From an uncultured Candidatus Saccharibacteria bacterium (GTDB lineage Bacteria; Patescibacteriota; Minisyncoccia; Phycocordibacterales; UBA12079): 64,000 nucleotides of DNA. The DNA lies in contig CAYWKC010000001.1 in NCBI GenBank assembly GCA_964459145.1, forward strand, positions 40,200 through 104,199, given 5' to 3'. A model generated the notes under the pieces. The model did not search any database. It saw only the letters and a program-made list of their open reading frames with translations, and was not told the DNA's origin. This document shows, piece by piece, positions 17,419-27,210 of the stretch. A program made the translations under genes and the position numbers. Position 1 is the stretch's first letter; each line of letters starts with the position of its first letter.

Positions 17419-18714
17419 CTAAATGTTGTTGAGAGCTTCGATGGCTTTATCTAATTGGGGGTCTCCTCCACTTTTTATGTAGTCAACGTCGTCTTCAGTT
17501 ATCTCAATCTCAATATCAGGTTTTAATCCTTCATGGGAAAAAGAATTTCCATTGGGTGTCAACCAGCGTGCTACAGTTACTTTTAGAGAAGTTTCTGGGG
17601 TTATCTTAATTAATTCTTGAACAGAACCTTTTCCAAAGGTCTGAGTGCCAACCAAAATGGCTTTACCATATTCTTGTAAAGCTCCAGCTAAAATTTCAGA
17701 GGCGGAAGCCGAACCTTCGTTAACCAAAATAGCCATTTTTAAATTATCATTAAAAATATCGTAACCTTTGCTGTAATGAATTTTGTTTGCTTCTTTTCCG
17801 CCATAATCCTCAGTGACAACTACTTTTCCTATAGGGAGAAACCAACTGGCAATATCTGTAGCAGCTTCTAAATAACCACCTGGGTTTCCTCGCAAGTCCA
17901 GAATTAATTTATCAGTTTCTCCATTTTGAATGAATTTTCTTAAGGCCTCTCTAAAAAGATTAGGAGAAACAGCCGTAAAACTATAAAGACGAATAATAAA
18001 AACTCCATTTCTTATTTCAGACCCCTCTTTAACTTCAGTTTCAATCGTAGGAATATCAATAACATCTCGAGTGATAGAAACTTCAAAAGATTCTTTCTCC
18101 CCTTCTCTTGCTATCAACAGGACCACTGCTGTGCCTTTTTCTCCACGAATAAGTTTAACCGCATCAGTGGTGTCCATGTTTTTGGTTGATTTTCCGTCAA
18201 TTTCTAAAATTTTGTCTTTAGGTTGCATTCCAGCTCTTTCCGCTGGGGTATCTTTTAGAGGAGCAATGACGATTAAAGTATTGTCTTTAATTCCAATTTC
18301 CATACCGACTCCTTCAAAGTTGCCTTCAATGTCATCTTCAAACATTGCCGATTCCGACGGTGGCAAAAAAACAGTATAAGGGTCTCCAAAAGAATTAGTC
18401 AGGCCTTGGATTGCTCCCCAAATTTTATCTTGAGTGGTTATTTCTTTATCCTCGTCTTCTTTATCTTTAACGAACCTCTCATCTAAAATTTTCCATGTTT
18501 CCCAAAATGGTTTTAAACTAACTGCTTCAAATTCAGGGTTTTCTTTATCAAGAATGTTTGAAATTGATTCATTTTTAGAAAAATTAAATTGTGAGCCGAA
18601 GACAAAACTTCCAACCAAAAGAACTACAATGATTACACAGAAACCAATTTTTTTAGTTGTTTTTTTCTTAAAGATTTTCTTAATTTTTTTTAGAAAACGG
18701 TTGAATAATTCCAT
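17419..18714 (-). CDS. ctpA: C-terminal processing peptidase (S41, CtpA/Prc-like)
   Basis: N-terminal TM, PDZ domain, LDLRGNPGGYL and S41 catalytic region. Confidence 0.85.
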   Translation of the reverse strand: MELFNRFLKKIKKIFKKKTTKKIGFCVIIVVLLVGSFVFGSQFNFSKNESISNILDKENPEFEAVSLKPFWETWKILDERFVKDKEDEDKEITTQDKIWGAIQGLTNSFGDPYTVFLPPSESAMFEDDIEGNFEGVGMEIGIKDNTLIVIAPLKDTPAERAGMQPKDKILEIDGKSTKNMDTTDAVKLIRGEKGTAVVLLIAREGEKESFEVSITRDVIDIPTIETEVKEGSEIRNGVFIIRLYSFTAVSPNLFREALRKFIQNGETDKLILDLRGNPGGYLEAATDIASWFLPIGKVVVTEDYGGKEANKIHYSKGYDIFNDNLKMAILVNEGSASASEILAGALQEYGKAILVGTQTFGKGSVQELIKITPETSLKVTVARWLTPNGNSFSHEGLKPDIEIEITEDDVDYIKSGGDPQLDKAIEALNNI

Positions 18715-18836
18715 GTCCTTTCAATTAAATTTTTCGTATTTTTAATAAAGACTATAATAACACATTTATTTAACAATAAAAACTTGCTCCCTTTTTTAAT
18801 TTGTAATAACCAGAGATTATAGTAAAATAATACTTA

Positions 18837-19778
18837 TTGACATTAAATAAAATATTTATGATAAAAAAATATACTTCAAAAAATATCACTTGGATAGATA
18901 TGGAGGAACCTGACCGTCGAGAAATAAAATCCTTAATGAATGAATATAAAATTCATCCTTTAGTGGCCGAGGAACTTTTGATTTCTACCTTTCGACCAAC
19001 AGTTGATTTATATGATAATTTTATTTATCTTATCTTGCATTTTCCGATTTTAAGTCATTCTAATGGTGAGGTTAGTAGTTCTAACTTAGAAATTGATTTT
19101 ATTATTGGTAAAGATTTTTTCATTACAACTCGTTACAACGGAATAAACCCTTTACAAAAAACTTCCAAAATCTTTGAAATAGAAAATATTCTTAATGAAA
19201 AAAATCGTTGGGAACATGGGGGTTATCTTTTTTACTATGTGGCTCAACAATTATACAAAAATTTGATTGATGAATTGGATTATCTTGAAAATTTGCAGGA
19301 GGATATGGAAAGCGGTATTTTTGGTGGAAATGAAAAGAAAATGGTCAAGAAAATTTCGCAGGTTAGCCACAATTTGCTTGATTTTAGACAAGCTATTCTG
19401 CCACACAAAGAAGTTTTAGATTCATTAGAAAAAATCGGAGGTGAATTTTTCGGTAAAGATTTTTCTTATTATTTAAAGGATGTCAACAATAAATATCGTA
19501 AAGTGTCTCATATTATAGAAACGAATATAGAAAATTTAAAAGAATTAAGAATCACCAACGATTCTCTTTTGACAACCAAACAAAATGAAACCATGAAAAT
19601 TTTTACGATTTTAGCCTTCGTAACTTTTCCTCTGTCTTTGTTTGCTTCTCTTTTTGGTATGAATGCTGCCTTTATGCCAATTATTGGAATGAAATACGAT
19701 TTCTGGTACATTGTCGGGATTATGTTGTTTTTGACTGGATTAATGTTTACTTTTTTCAAATATAAAAAATGGTTCTAA
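18837..19778 (+). CDS. corA: CorA-family divalent cation transporter
   Basis: C-terminal two TM helices with the GMN motif (FGMNAAFMP). Confidence 0.75.
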   Translation: MTLNKIFMIKKYTSKNITWIDMEEPDRREIKSLMNEYKIHPLVAEELLISTFRPTVDLYDNFIYLILHFPILSHSNGEVSSSNLEIDFIIGKDFFITTRYNGINPLQKTSKIFEIENILNEKNRWEHGGYLFYYVAQQLYKNLIDELDYLENLQEDMESGIFGGNEKKMVKKISQVSHNLLDFRQAILPHKEVLDSLEKIGGEFFGKDFSYYLKDVNNKYRKVSHIIETNIENLKELRITNDSLLTTKQNETMKIFTILAFVTFPLSLFASLFGMNAAFMPIIGMKYDFWYIVGIMLFLTGLMFTFFKYKKWF

Positions 19779-21223
19779 AATTATTCAATACTTTAGGTAG
19801 AAAAAAACAAGAATTTAAACCACTAAAAGATGGACAAGTTTCTTTTTATTATTGTGGTCCGACTGTTTATTCTCAACAACATATTGGAAATTTAAGGGGG
19901 GCGGTCTGCGCTGATAGTATTCGTCGTTCTTTAGAATATTTGGGTTATTCAGTTAATTTTGTTTCTAATTATACTGATGTGGGACATTTAACTTCGGATG
20001 AAGATGAGGGTGAAGATAAAATTGAACAAGGAGCTAAAAAAGAAGGTCTCTCCCCTGCTGATATTACTAACAAATATATTAAAATTTATGAAAAAGACAC
20101 CGAAAAATTGAATATTCTTCCTCCCACTACTCGTTGTCGAGCCACTGACTATATCAAACCAATGGAAGAAATGGTGGCAACTCTTTTAAAAAAAGGTTTT
20201 GCTTATCAAACTGAATTAGCTATTTATTTTGATGTTTCTAAAGCAAATAATTATACTCAACTATCAGGACAAAATTTAGAAGATTTAAAAACGGGAGCGG
20301 GAACGGGCGATGTAGTTGACCCACAGAAAAAAAATCAAAATGATTTTGTTCTTTGGTTTTTCAAAACAGGCGTTCATGCTAAGGCCTTGCAGACATGGGA
20401 GTCCCCGTGGGGTGAAGCCTGCCTGCCGGCAAGGCAGGGTTTTCCAGGGTGGCATATTGAATGTTCGGTTATGGCAAAGAAACATCTGGGAGAAACCCTT
20501 GATATTCACATGGGAGGAATTGAACATATCCCTATTCATCACACTAACGAAATAGCTCAAAGTGAGTCAGCGAATGGAGTAAAATATGTTAATTATTGGT
20601 TGCATAATGAACATTTGGGAATTGATAATACCAAAATGAGCAAGTCGTTAGGTAATGTTGTTTATGTAAATAACATTGAAGAAAAAGGTTTCCACCCTTT
20701 AGCTTTAAGATTTTTCTTCTTGCAAGCTCATTACCGTTCTAAACAAAATTTTACTTGGAAGGCTATGGAAGCAGCTAAAAATGGATTAACTCATCTTGAT
20801 AACCAAAGGGCTGATTTAGGTGATGAAGTAGGAAAAATTTCAAAAGAATTTAAACAAAAATTTATAGAAAAAATTAGTGATGATTTTAATTTACCACAAG
20901 CCTTGGCTATTGTTTCAGAGGTTCTTAAATCTGACTTATCAAAAGCAGACAAACTAGCGACTATTTTGGATTTTGATAAAGTTTTGGGGTTAAATTTAAA
21001 ACAAAAAAGGTTTAATTTGTTCACAAAAACAACAAAGTTTATTACAAAAGGATATGATGTAGAAATGACCCTTAACAATAAAATTTCTAATTTGTTAAAA
21101 GAAAGAGATGCTGCTCGGAAAAATAAAGATTGGGCTGAGTCTGATAGGATTAGAGATGAAATAGAATCTCAAGGTTATACTGTTAAAGACACTCCAGACG
21201 GAACTCAAATCTTTAATCCTTGA
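19769..21223 (+). CDS. cysS: cysteinyl-tRNA synthetase
   Basis: YYCGPTVYSQQHIGNLRGA (HIGH) and KMSKSLGN. Carries a GC-rich in-frame insertion between SPWG and PGWHIEC. Confidence 0.9.
   Translation: MVLKLFNTLGRKKQEFKPLKDGQVSFYYCGPTVYSQQHIGNLRGAVCADSIRRSLEYLGYSVNFVSNYTDVGHLTSDEDEGEDKIEQGAKKEGLSPADITNKYIKIYEKDTEKLNILPPTTRCRATDYIKPMEEMVATLLKKGFAYQTELAIYFDVSKANNYTQLSGQNLEDLKTGAGTGDVVDPQKKNQNDFVLWFFKTGVHAKALQTWESPWGEACLPARQGFPGWHIECSVMAKKHLGETLDIHMGGIEHIPIHHTNEIAQSESANGVKYVNYWLHNEHLGIDNTKMSKSLGNVVYVNNIEEKGFHPLALRFFFLQAHYRSKQNFTWKAMEAAKNGLTHLDNQRADLGDEVGKISKEFKQKFIEKISDDFNLPQALAIVSEVLKSDLSKADKLATILDFDKVLGLNLKQKRFNLFTKTTKFITKGYDVEMTLNNKISNLLKERDAARKNKDWAESDRIRDEIESQGYTVKDTPDGTQIFNP
20418..20438. 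repeat. GC-rich palindrome embedded in-frame in cysS
   Basis: CCTGCCTGCCGGCAAGGCAGG encodes ACLPARQ between the conserved SPWG and PGWHIEC motifs. Near-identical to the intergenic palindrome at 14552-14572. Confidence 0.55.
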
Positions 21224-21274
21224 AAAATAAAAAACCTCTGATATATCAGAGGTTTTTTATTTTATAGGTTTTAT

Positions 21275-22972
21275 TTATTTTGTATAAGATAGACAAAAAC
21301 TGTCTTTGGAATTTGTTCCAATTCCTCGACACCACCATTGATAATGGTCTCCTCCTAGATTGCTAAAAGTTACAGCACTTGGCGTTCCAGAGTTACAAAG
21401 ATTGGTTGTGGGAGCAAAATCAACAGAAATCAAATTGGAAGAACCACAGGCCCCATCAGTTATACTTCCTAAAATATAAAAGAAATCATCGCTCAAATCT
21501 TGAATGGGCGAACCCTTGGTACTTAAGCCAATTTCTATTTTGAAAGTTCCTACTGTCGATAGAAAAACAAGACTATCTGGAATAGTCCATTGATAACTAC
21601 CATTGTTAGGAATTGAGCCAAAATCATAAACAGAATTGCCTTCTTCATCCAAAAGATTTATGAAAACATTTTTGCCTGAGAAATTAGTAGACTCCCATTT
21701 AATTTCGTAAGCGAAGCCTGCTTTCCAAGTTTCTCCTCCATTGGGTGATAAAATACTATGAGAAAATATTTCTGTTGAAAGACAAGCTCCCCCACGGCAA
21801 CCATTGGCACAAGAATAATTACTAACTCCAACCGCTAAGATATCTGTGTTGGAAGATTGACAAAAATATTCTTTAACAATAGCTTCTGTTGAACAATAAT
21901 CTTCCCAAATTTTTGTAGTAGGACCTTGAGCCAAAATTGTTCCGAAAGTTAAACCCTTAGTGAAAAAATCTTTTCCACCATCAGAATCAGAACAAGCGGT
22001 GGTTGTCTCTGACAAAATATCAAACAATTCACTTTTATCTTCAGAGGTTTTTAAATTAGTGGCGCTAAGTTGAAGCTGATAATTTGAAGCAACCATAACA
22101 TCAAATGGAATTGTCCATTCAAATTTGTTTTCGAAGCCATCCACTGTTCCAATATATCTAACGGTTGTTGGATCTAAATTACCTCCTATCAAATAAATTG
22201 AATAACTTTCCGCCTGGGGGTCATTATTTATCCAAGTAATATTGTAGGTCTGTCCTCGAATGAGTTGTTCATTGGCTTGAGGTGAAGTAACGGTGAAAGT
22301 GTTTGTTAAATTATTGTCATAAGCATAACAACTAACATTTTTCCCCCAGTTTAATCCTGTACAAATCCAAGTATAACGAATAATTCCTCCTGTTTGTTCT
22401 TCTGTGCTAACTGTGGAGGCCGTTCCTGTTGCGCAAAGATTTACTACTGGTTTGTAAGCAAAAGATTGCCCATGAGCAGAACCGCAAGAAGCATTAATTG
22501 TGGCTGATGATTGTGTTAAAGAATTTGTTTTTTCACAACCAGATAATTGGTTTAATTTTTTTCTTGTAGTAGCTCCTACATAACCAGAACCATAAGTAAG
22601 ACCCCAAGGAGCTAAAATTTCACTTTTGTATTTTTGTTGAAAACTAATTACTGCTGAAGAAGTATTTTCTCCAAAATAACCATCTTTGTCTTTTGAAATG
22701 CCAAAACCCTCTTTTTTTAAAACTTGTTGGAGAGCTTCTACTTCTTCCCCGCTATTTCCGTATTTTAAATTGGTATCAAAATCGTGGCACCATTCTTCTG
22801 AAGGAGTTTCTCCTGTTTGTTGAGCTATTTGTTGCTGTAGACTAGTAATTTGTGCCAACAGAGAATTTAACATCGCGGTTAACTCAGCAATGGTTGAGGC
22901 TGAAGATATATTAGGAAAAACCAATATTCCTAAAAATAGAATTGATAAGATAACTTCTTTTATTTTACTCAT
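21275..22972 (-). CDS. secreted protein with peptidoglycan-binding domain and Cys-rich repeats
   Basis: Signal peptide; PG_binding_1-like segment (YGNSGEEVEALQQVLKKEGF...FGENTSSAVISFQQKY); repeated C..C..C modules. Confidence 0.55.
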   Translation of the reverse strand: MSKIKEVILSILFLGILVFPNISSASTIAELTAMLNSLLAQITSLQQQIAQQTGETPSEEWCHDFDTNLKYGNSGEEVEALQQVLKKEGFGISKDKDGYFGENTSSAVISFQQKYKSEILAPWGLTYGSGYVGATTRKKLNQLSGCEKTNSLTQSSATINASCGSAHGQSFAYKPVVNLCATGTASTVSTEEQTGGIIRYTWICTGLNWGKNVSCYAYDNNLTNTFTVTSPQANEQLIRGQTYNITWINNDPQAESYSIYLIGGNLDPTTVRYIGTVDGFENKFEWTIPFDVMVASNYQLQLSATNLKTSEDKSELFDILSETTTACSDSDGGKDFFTKGLTFGTILAQGPTTKIWEDYCSTEAIVKEYFCQSSNTDILAVGVSNYSCANGCRGGACLSTEIFSHSILSPNGGETWKAGFAYEIKWESTNFSGKNVFINLLDEEGNSVYDFGSIPNNGSYQWTIPDSLVFLSTVGTFKIEIGLSTKGSPIQDLSDDFFYILGSITDGACGSSNLISVDFAPTTNLCNSGTPSAVTFSNLGGDHYQWWCRGIGTNSKDSFCLSYTK

Positions 22973-23077
22973 TATAGTTTTTATTGGGGATTAATAAATT
23001 ACTTAATTACTCATTGTAAATAATAACATACATATATGTATAAAGTTATCCATATAGAATTTTAAAATAAAAAAATC

Positions 23078-23441
23078 ACCGATACCCGCTTATGCGTTGG
23101 AGTATCGGTGATTACTTAAAGCGGCCATGGCTTAGGTTGATCCGGCGAGGGATATTGATACCCCAGAGGATTCGTCCGTAAACCAAACCTGACCGAGGGA
23201 CAAAAGTAGGTTGAGAGAATCTTCCTCTCTCTGGCTTATCCGATGTTCGCAATCGCGTTGCGAAGGATAGGAGGCGCTCTGAATTTGAGAGCCCATCCAT
23301 GCGCCTGAGCCGTCTTTATCTTGGACAGGCGTCGGTGGGGATTATTTCTCCCCAGAATAATGGGCTGCACCGTTGTAGTTACGGCGGAAGGCGGCCTTAT
23401 CGCCAGCCATAAGCCCGTGTCCTCAAAACATTCTCTCAACC
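23078..23441 (-). ncRNA. unclassified GC-rich structured RNA with own promoter and terminator
   Basis: Minus strand has TTGACA-17-TATCAT (plus 23449-23477) and a terminator hairpin at 23086-23111 plus T-run. 13-bp long-range pairing GGGTTGAGAGAAT/ATTCTCTCAACC; G+C far above flanks; no coherent ORF. Confidence 0.4.
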
Positions 23442-23533
23442 CACCTGTATGATAAGACACAGTTTAATTATTGTCAAGCATTTTTATTTTCTTCCACACA
23501 GAAATAAGGGGGAAAAGCCAATTTTGAGGATTA

Positions 23534-23637
23534 AAATTTTTAACAAAAAAATTCCACTGTTTAACGACCTATTGGGAGGAGTTTGAAATTTTTAAGGAAT
23601 TGTTTTGTGGTGTTTCAACAAAAAATTTTTTACTGCT
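23534..23637 (+). repeat. repeat family copy B upstream of dnaB
   Basis: AATTTTTAACAAAAAAATTCCACTGTTTAACGACCTATTGGGAGGAGTTTGAAATTTTTAAGGAATTGTTTTGTGG...TACTGCT. Confidence 0.65.
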
Positions 23638-23747
23638 CAAAAATTAGCTTCTTTCCTTATTTCTTTTACATTTATCCCCTCTCTATCCCCTCTTTTTTCC
23701 CTATTTTCCATCTTTTGAAATTTAACAATTATGATAAAATACAAAAT

Positions 23748-25148
23748 ATGGAAGTGATTAATAATAATCCTAATTTAAGAATTCCTCCTCAAAACATTGA
23801 TTCCGAAAAGGCCTTGTTGGGTTCTATTATGTTAAGACCAGAAGTCATCTATGATGTTTTAGATATTATTTCTGAAGATTGTTTCTATTCTGAAAAACAT
23901 CGCATTGTGTTCAAAGCAATGTTAGATTTATTTTCTAAAAAAGAACCGATTGATTTATTAACTTTATCTTCAATTCTGAAAGAACAAAAACAATTAGAAC
24001 AAATTGGTGGAACTACTTTTTTGACAGAATTAGTAGAAACAGTTCCCTCTTCAGCCAATGCTGAACACTACGCTAAAATTGTTCACAAAAAATATATGAT
24101 GCGACGATTGATTGGAGCGGGAGAAGAAATTTCCAATTTGGGTTATAACGAAACAGAAAATTTGGAGATAGCTTTAGACAAAGCGGAAAAAAGTATTTTT
24201 ACTGTAACGGGGTCTTTGATTTCCCGTTCTTTTATAAAAATAAAAGAGGCTTTAGGTGAAGCTTGGGAGAGATTGGATAGATTACATAAATCAGAAGGTA
24301 AATTAAGAGGAGTGCCAACTGGTTTTAAAGAATTAGATGATAAATTATCTGGTTTTCAAAATTCTGATTTAATTATTATCGCAGCTCGCCCTTCAATAGG
24401 AAAAACATCTTTGGCTCTTGATATTGCTAGAAAGGTGGCGATTAATTATAATTTGCCAGTCGCTATTTTTTCTTTAGAAATGAGTTCCCAACAATTAGTG
24501 GACAGAATGTTGGCGGCTGATTCTAATGTAGATGCTTGGAAATTAAGAACAGGACGGTTAACAAGAGATGAAGAATTCAATTCTATTAGGGAATCCCTGG
24601 ACCGTCTCTCTAAAGCCCCTATTTTTATAGATGACCAAGCTTCAAATAATATTTTGAATATGCGTTCGGTAGCCCGTAAGCTAAAAAGACAACATGGTTT
24701 GAAATTAATTATTGTTGATTATTTACAATTGATGGCACCGACTGAATCTAGAGGGTCTGATTCAATGGTACAACAGGTCACAGAAATTTCTCGCTCTCTT
24801 AAACATTTGGCTCGAGAATTAGATATACCAGTAATTGCTTTGTCCCAGTTAAGCCGAGCAGTAGAAAGTCGAGGGGGGCGTCCTCGATTGTCTGATTTGC
24901 GTGATTCTGGTTCTATTGAACAAGATGCTGATTTAGTAGCATTTATTCACAGAGAAAATAATGAAGATGGTTCGGGTAAATCATGTTTAGCCGAAATTTT
25001 GATAGAAAAACACAGAAATGGACCTACGGGAAAAGTAGAACTTAATTTTAATGAGAAGAAAGCTACCTTTCAGAGTGTAGAAAAAAATGATTTTAGTGAT
25101 TTTGCTATTAAAGAGGAAGAAGAAACTGAACAAAGCGATGATTTTTAA
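23748..25148 (+). CDS. dnaB: replicative DNA helicase DnaB
   Basis: N-terminal DnaB domain, Walker A (AARPSIGKTSLALDIA), H4 motif. Start set at MEVINNN; the upstream 55 codons of the ORF lie in the repeat element. Confidence 0.9.
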   Translation: MEVINNNPNLRIPPQNIDSEKALLGSIMLRPEVIYDVLDIISEDCFYSEKHRIVFKAMLDLFSKKEPIDLLTLSSILKEQKQLEQIGGTTFLTELVETVPSSANAEHYAKIVHKKYMMRRLIGAGEEISNLGYNETENLEIALDKAEKSIFTVTGSLISRSFIKIKEALGEAWERLDRLHKSEGKLRGVPTGFKELDDKLSGFQNSDLIIIAARPSIGKTSLALDIARKVAINYNLPVAIFSLEMSSQQLVDRMLAADSNVDAWKLRTGRLTRDEEFNSIRESLDRLSKAPIFIDDQASNNILNMRSVARKLKRQHGLKLIIVDYLQLMAPTESRGSDSMVQQVTEISRSLKHLARELDIPVIALSQLSRAVESRGGRPRLSDLRDSGSIEQDADLVAFIHRENNEDGSGKSCLAEILIEKHRNGPTGKVELNFNEKKATFQSVEKNDFSDFAIKEEEETEQSDDF

Positions 25149-25176
25149 ATTTATGGCTATGCGATAGCCATAAATT
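25148..25176. repeat. 29-bp REP-like palindrome overlapping the dnaB stop codon
   Basis: AATTTATGGCTATGCGATAGCCATAAATT. Confidence 0.8.
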
Positions 25177-25186
25177 AATTATATAA

Positions 25187-25807
25187 ATGATGAATTCAAT
25201 TGATAAATTAGCTGAATATTTTTCTAAGTTTCCAGGAATTGGAGCGAGGCAGTCCAAAAGATTTGTTTATTTTTTATTGACAAGAAATAATGGCTTCTTA
25301 TATGAGCTGACTGATTTAATCAAACAATTAAAGAAAGATGTTAAGATATGTGAAAATTGTTCTTGTTTTTATTCTTTGGATGATCATTCCAATTTGTGTC
25401 GTATCTGTAAAAATCCGAATAGAGACCAATCTTTGTTAATGGTAGTGGCCAAAGACGCTGATTTAGAAAATATAGAGAGGATTGGAAATTATAATGGAAT
25501 ATATTTTGTGTTAGGGGGTTTGTTGCCTATTTTAGAAAAACAACCTGAACAAAGAATTAGATTAAAAAAGCTTCTAGAGCTTATCCAGAAAAAAATTAAA
25601 ACTAAAGAATTAAAAGAAATTATTTTAGCTTTAAGTTTAAACCCCGAAGGAGAAAATACTCTTGATTTTCTTTCTCAACAGATTAAATCGTTGATTAAAA
25701 AATACCCATTAAAAATAACAACCTTGGGAAGAGGGTTATCTACTGGCACAGAGTTGGAATATTTAGATAACAATACTTTTGAGAATGCTTTTAAAAACCG
25801 CACTTAA
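25187..25807 (+). CDS. recR: recombination protein RecR
   Basis: C4 zinc finger (CENCSCF...CRIC) and Toprim domain. Confidence 0.9.
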   Translation: MMNSIDKLAEYFSKFPGIGARQSKRFVYFLLTRNNGFLYELTDLIKQLKKDVKICENCSCFYSLDDHSNLCRICKNPNRDQSLLMVVAKDADLENIERIGNYNGIYFVLGGLLPILEKQPEQRIRLKKLLELIQKKIKTKELKEIILALSLNPEGENTLDFLSQQIKSLIKKYPLKITTLGRGLSTGTELEYLDNNTFENAFKNRT

Positions 25808-25853
25808 AAATAAGTTCATCTGAGCCTATTTTTAATTGCGGTTTTGAATTATG

Positions 25854-26600
25854 CTATTCATCTTCTAAAATAGAAAATGAATATTGAATAGTTTCCCTGA
25901 TTGAAGAAGATAGAGAACAGAAAGGAGCTGGTGCTGGACAAGATTGTGGACTAAGTCCAAACACAAAAACATAATTATTATTTTCTCCTAAATAAGTACC
26001 GAAAGGATACCCGTCTTTTTGATCTTTTCCCCACACAATTCGATAATCTCTTCGTCCTATAATATTACATTCATTATAAACTTCTTCTATTTTAGTATTT
26101 TCATAAAACCAATTTTTTTCATAAATATCAATGGAAGCAAAACTAGAGTTTTTGAAGTCTTTAAAAGAAAAATATACTGTGGCCTCTCTTCCTTTTTCGG
26201 TTTTCGCATATTTAAATACGCTACTTTCTACAATATCACCATAGGCTTTTTGATATCCAGTACTAAATTCATATTCTTCATTTCTATATTTTTCAAAAGA
26301 ATATGTGTCGCCCCATGATATTCTCATCAATATAAGACAGTCTTCTGACGGGTCTGTTTCTTTTGTGCAAGTGATTAGTTCTGAATTTTCAATTGTTTCC
26401 TCTGGTGTATTAACATCATCAACAGATGTTGAATTTTTTACACCTAAAAAATAAAGTCCTCCTATAGCAATTACTAAAACAATAGTAGTAATTAAAACGA
26501 CGTTTTTTACCCACTTTTTCTTTGAAATGACCACATTATTGTTTTTTGATACAGGTTCTTGATTTTCCGGGTTGGAAGGATTATTTAGATTGTTTTCCAT
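25854..26600 (-). CDS. hypothetical membrane-anchored protein
   Basis: 248 aa, N-terminal TM helix, no recognised motifs. Confidence 0.45.
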   Translation of the reverse strand: MENNLNNPSNPENQEPVSKNNNVVISKKKWVKNVVLITTIVLVIAIGGLYFLGVKNSTSVDDVNTPEETIENSELITCTKETDPSEDCLILMRISWGDTYSFEKYRNEEYEFSTGYQKAYGDIVESSVFKYAKTEKGREATVYFSFKDFKNSSFASIDIYEKNWFYENTKIEEVYNECNIIGRRDYRIVWGKDQKDGYPFGTYLGENNNYVFVFGLSPQSCPAPAPFCSLSSSIRETIQYSFSILEDE

Positions 26601-26767
26601 ATTTTTTCTTGCTCGACCATTTTTGATGGTTTAGGATTGTTAATTAATATTAATTTGTATTTAAAATATAACTATTAACAATTATAGTATGAATAAACAA
26701 CTAAATCACTTTAAACTAGTGGATAAGGATTTTAATAAAAAAATTTAACACTGAGTGTTAAATTTTT

Positions 26768-27079
26768 TTAGATTTGAGTAATTTTGATTTGGGCGTAGGG
26801 TTGACGATGCCCCATTCTTTTCAGATAGTTACTTTTGGATTTGAATTGGCGGATTCTAATTTTTGGTCCCCTGCCCTCAGCTAAAAATTCAGCGGTCACT
26901 TTACCTGTCAAATAGGGAGTTCCAATTTTCGTGGTTTTTTCATCATCTAAAAGTAATACTTTATCAAGAGTGATTTTATCCCCAGCTTTATATTCGGCAG
27001 GAAATTTTTCAACCTTAAGAATGTCTCCTTCAGAGACCTTATATTGTTTTCCTCCTATTTCTACAACTGCAAATTTCAT
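26768..27079 (-). CDS. rplU: 50S ribosomal protein L21
   Basis: MKFAVVEIGGKQYKVSEGD. Confidence 0.9.
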   Translation of the reverse strand: MKFAVVEIGGKQYKVSEGDILKVEKFPAEYKAGDKITLDKVLLLDDEKTTKIGTPYLTGKVTAEFLAEGRGPKIRIRQFKSKSNYLKRMGHRQPYAQIKITQI

Positions 27080-27210
27080 GGTCTATATATTACATTATTT
27101 CTTGATAAAATCAAGAAAAAAGATTATGGAATGGGTAATTCTGTAAGAAATGGGGCGATTTGGGGTGGTTCAGCAGAAAAACATAAGATTTGTGGGCAAT
27201 TTGAGACCTA

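Noticed and set aside
23380-23400. CGCCGTAACTACAACGGTG resembles the 23S rRNA segment GCCGTAACTATAACGGTCC.
   Set aside because: Only about 17 nt match and the flanks are unrelated to 23S rRNA. Treated as coincidence.
23112-23460. Two minus-strand ORFs (62 and 74 aa) in the GC-rich island; a tmRNA identity was also considered.
   Set aside because: The ORFs are short, overlapping and not conserved-looking. I found no tmRNA 5' GGNUUCGAC motif, no T-arm plus ACCA 3' end and no ...LAA tag reading frame, and no SRP domain IV motifs. It is left as an unclassified RNA.
23583-23747. N-terminal 55 codons of the tracked dnaB ORF.
   Set aside because: They are encoded by the repeat element copy B and read as low complexity. 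A canonical DnaB N-terminus starts at the internal ATG at 23748.
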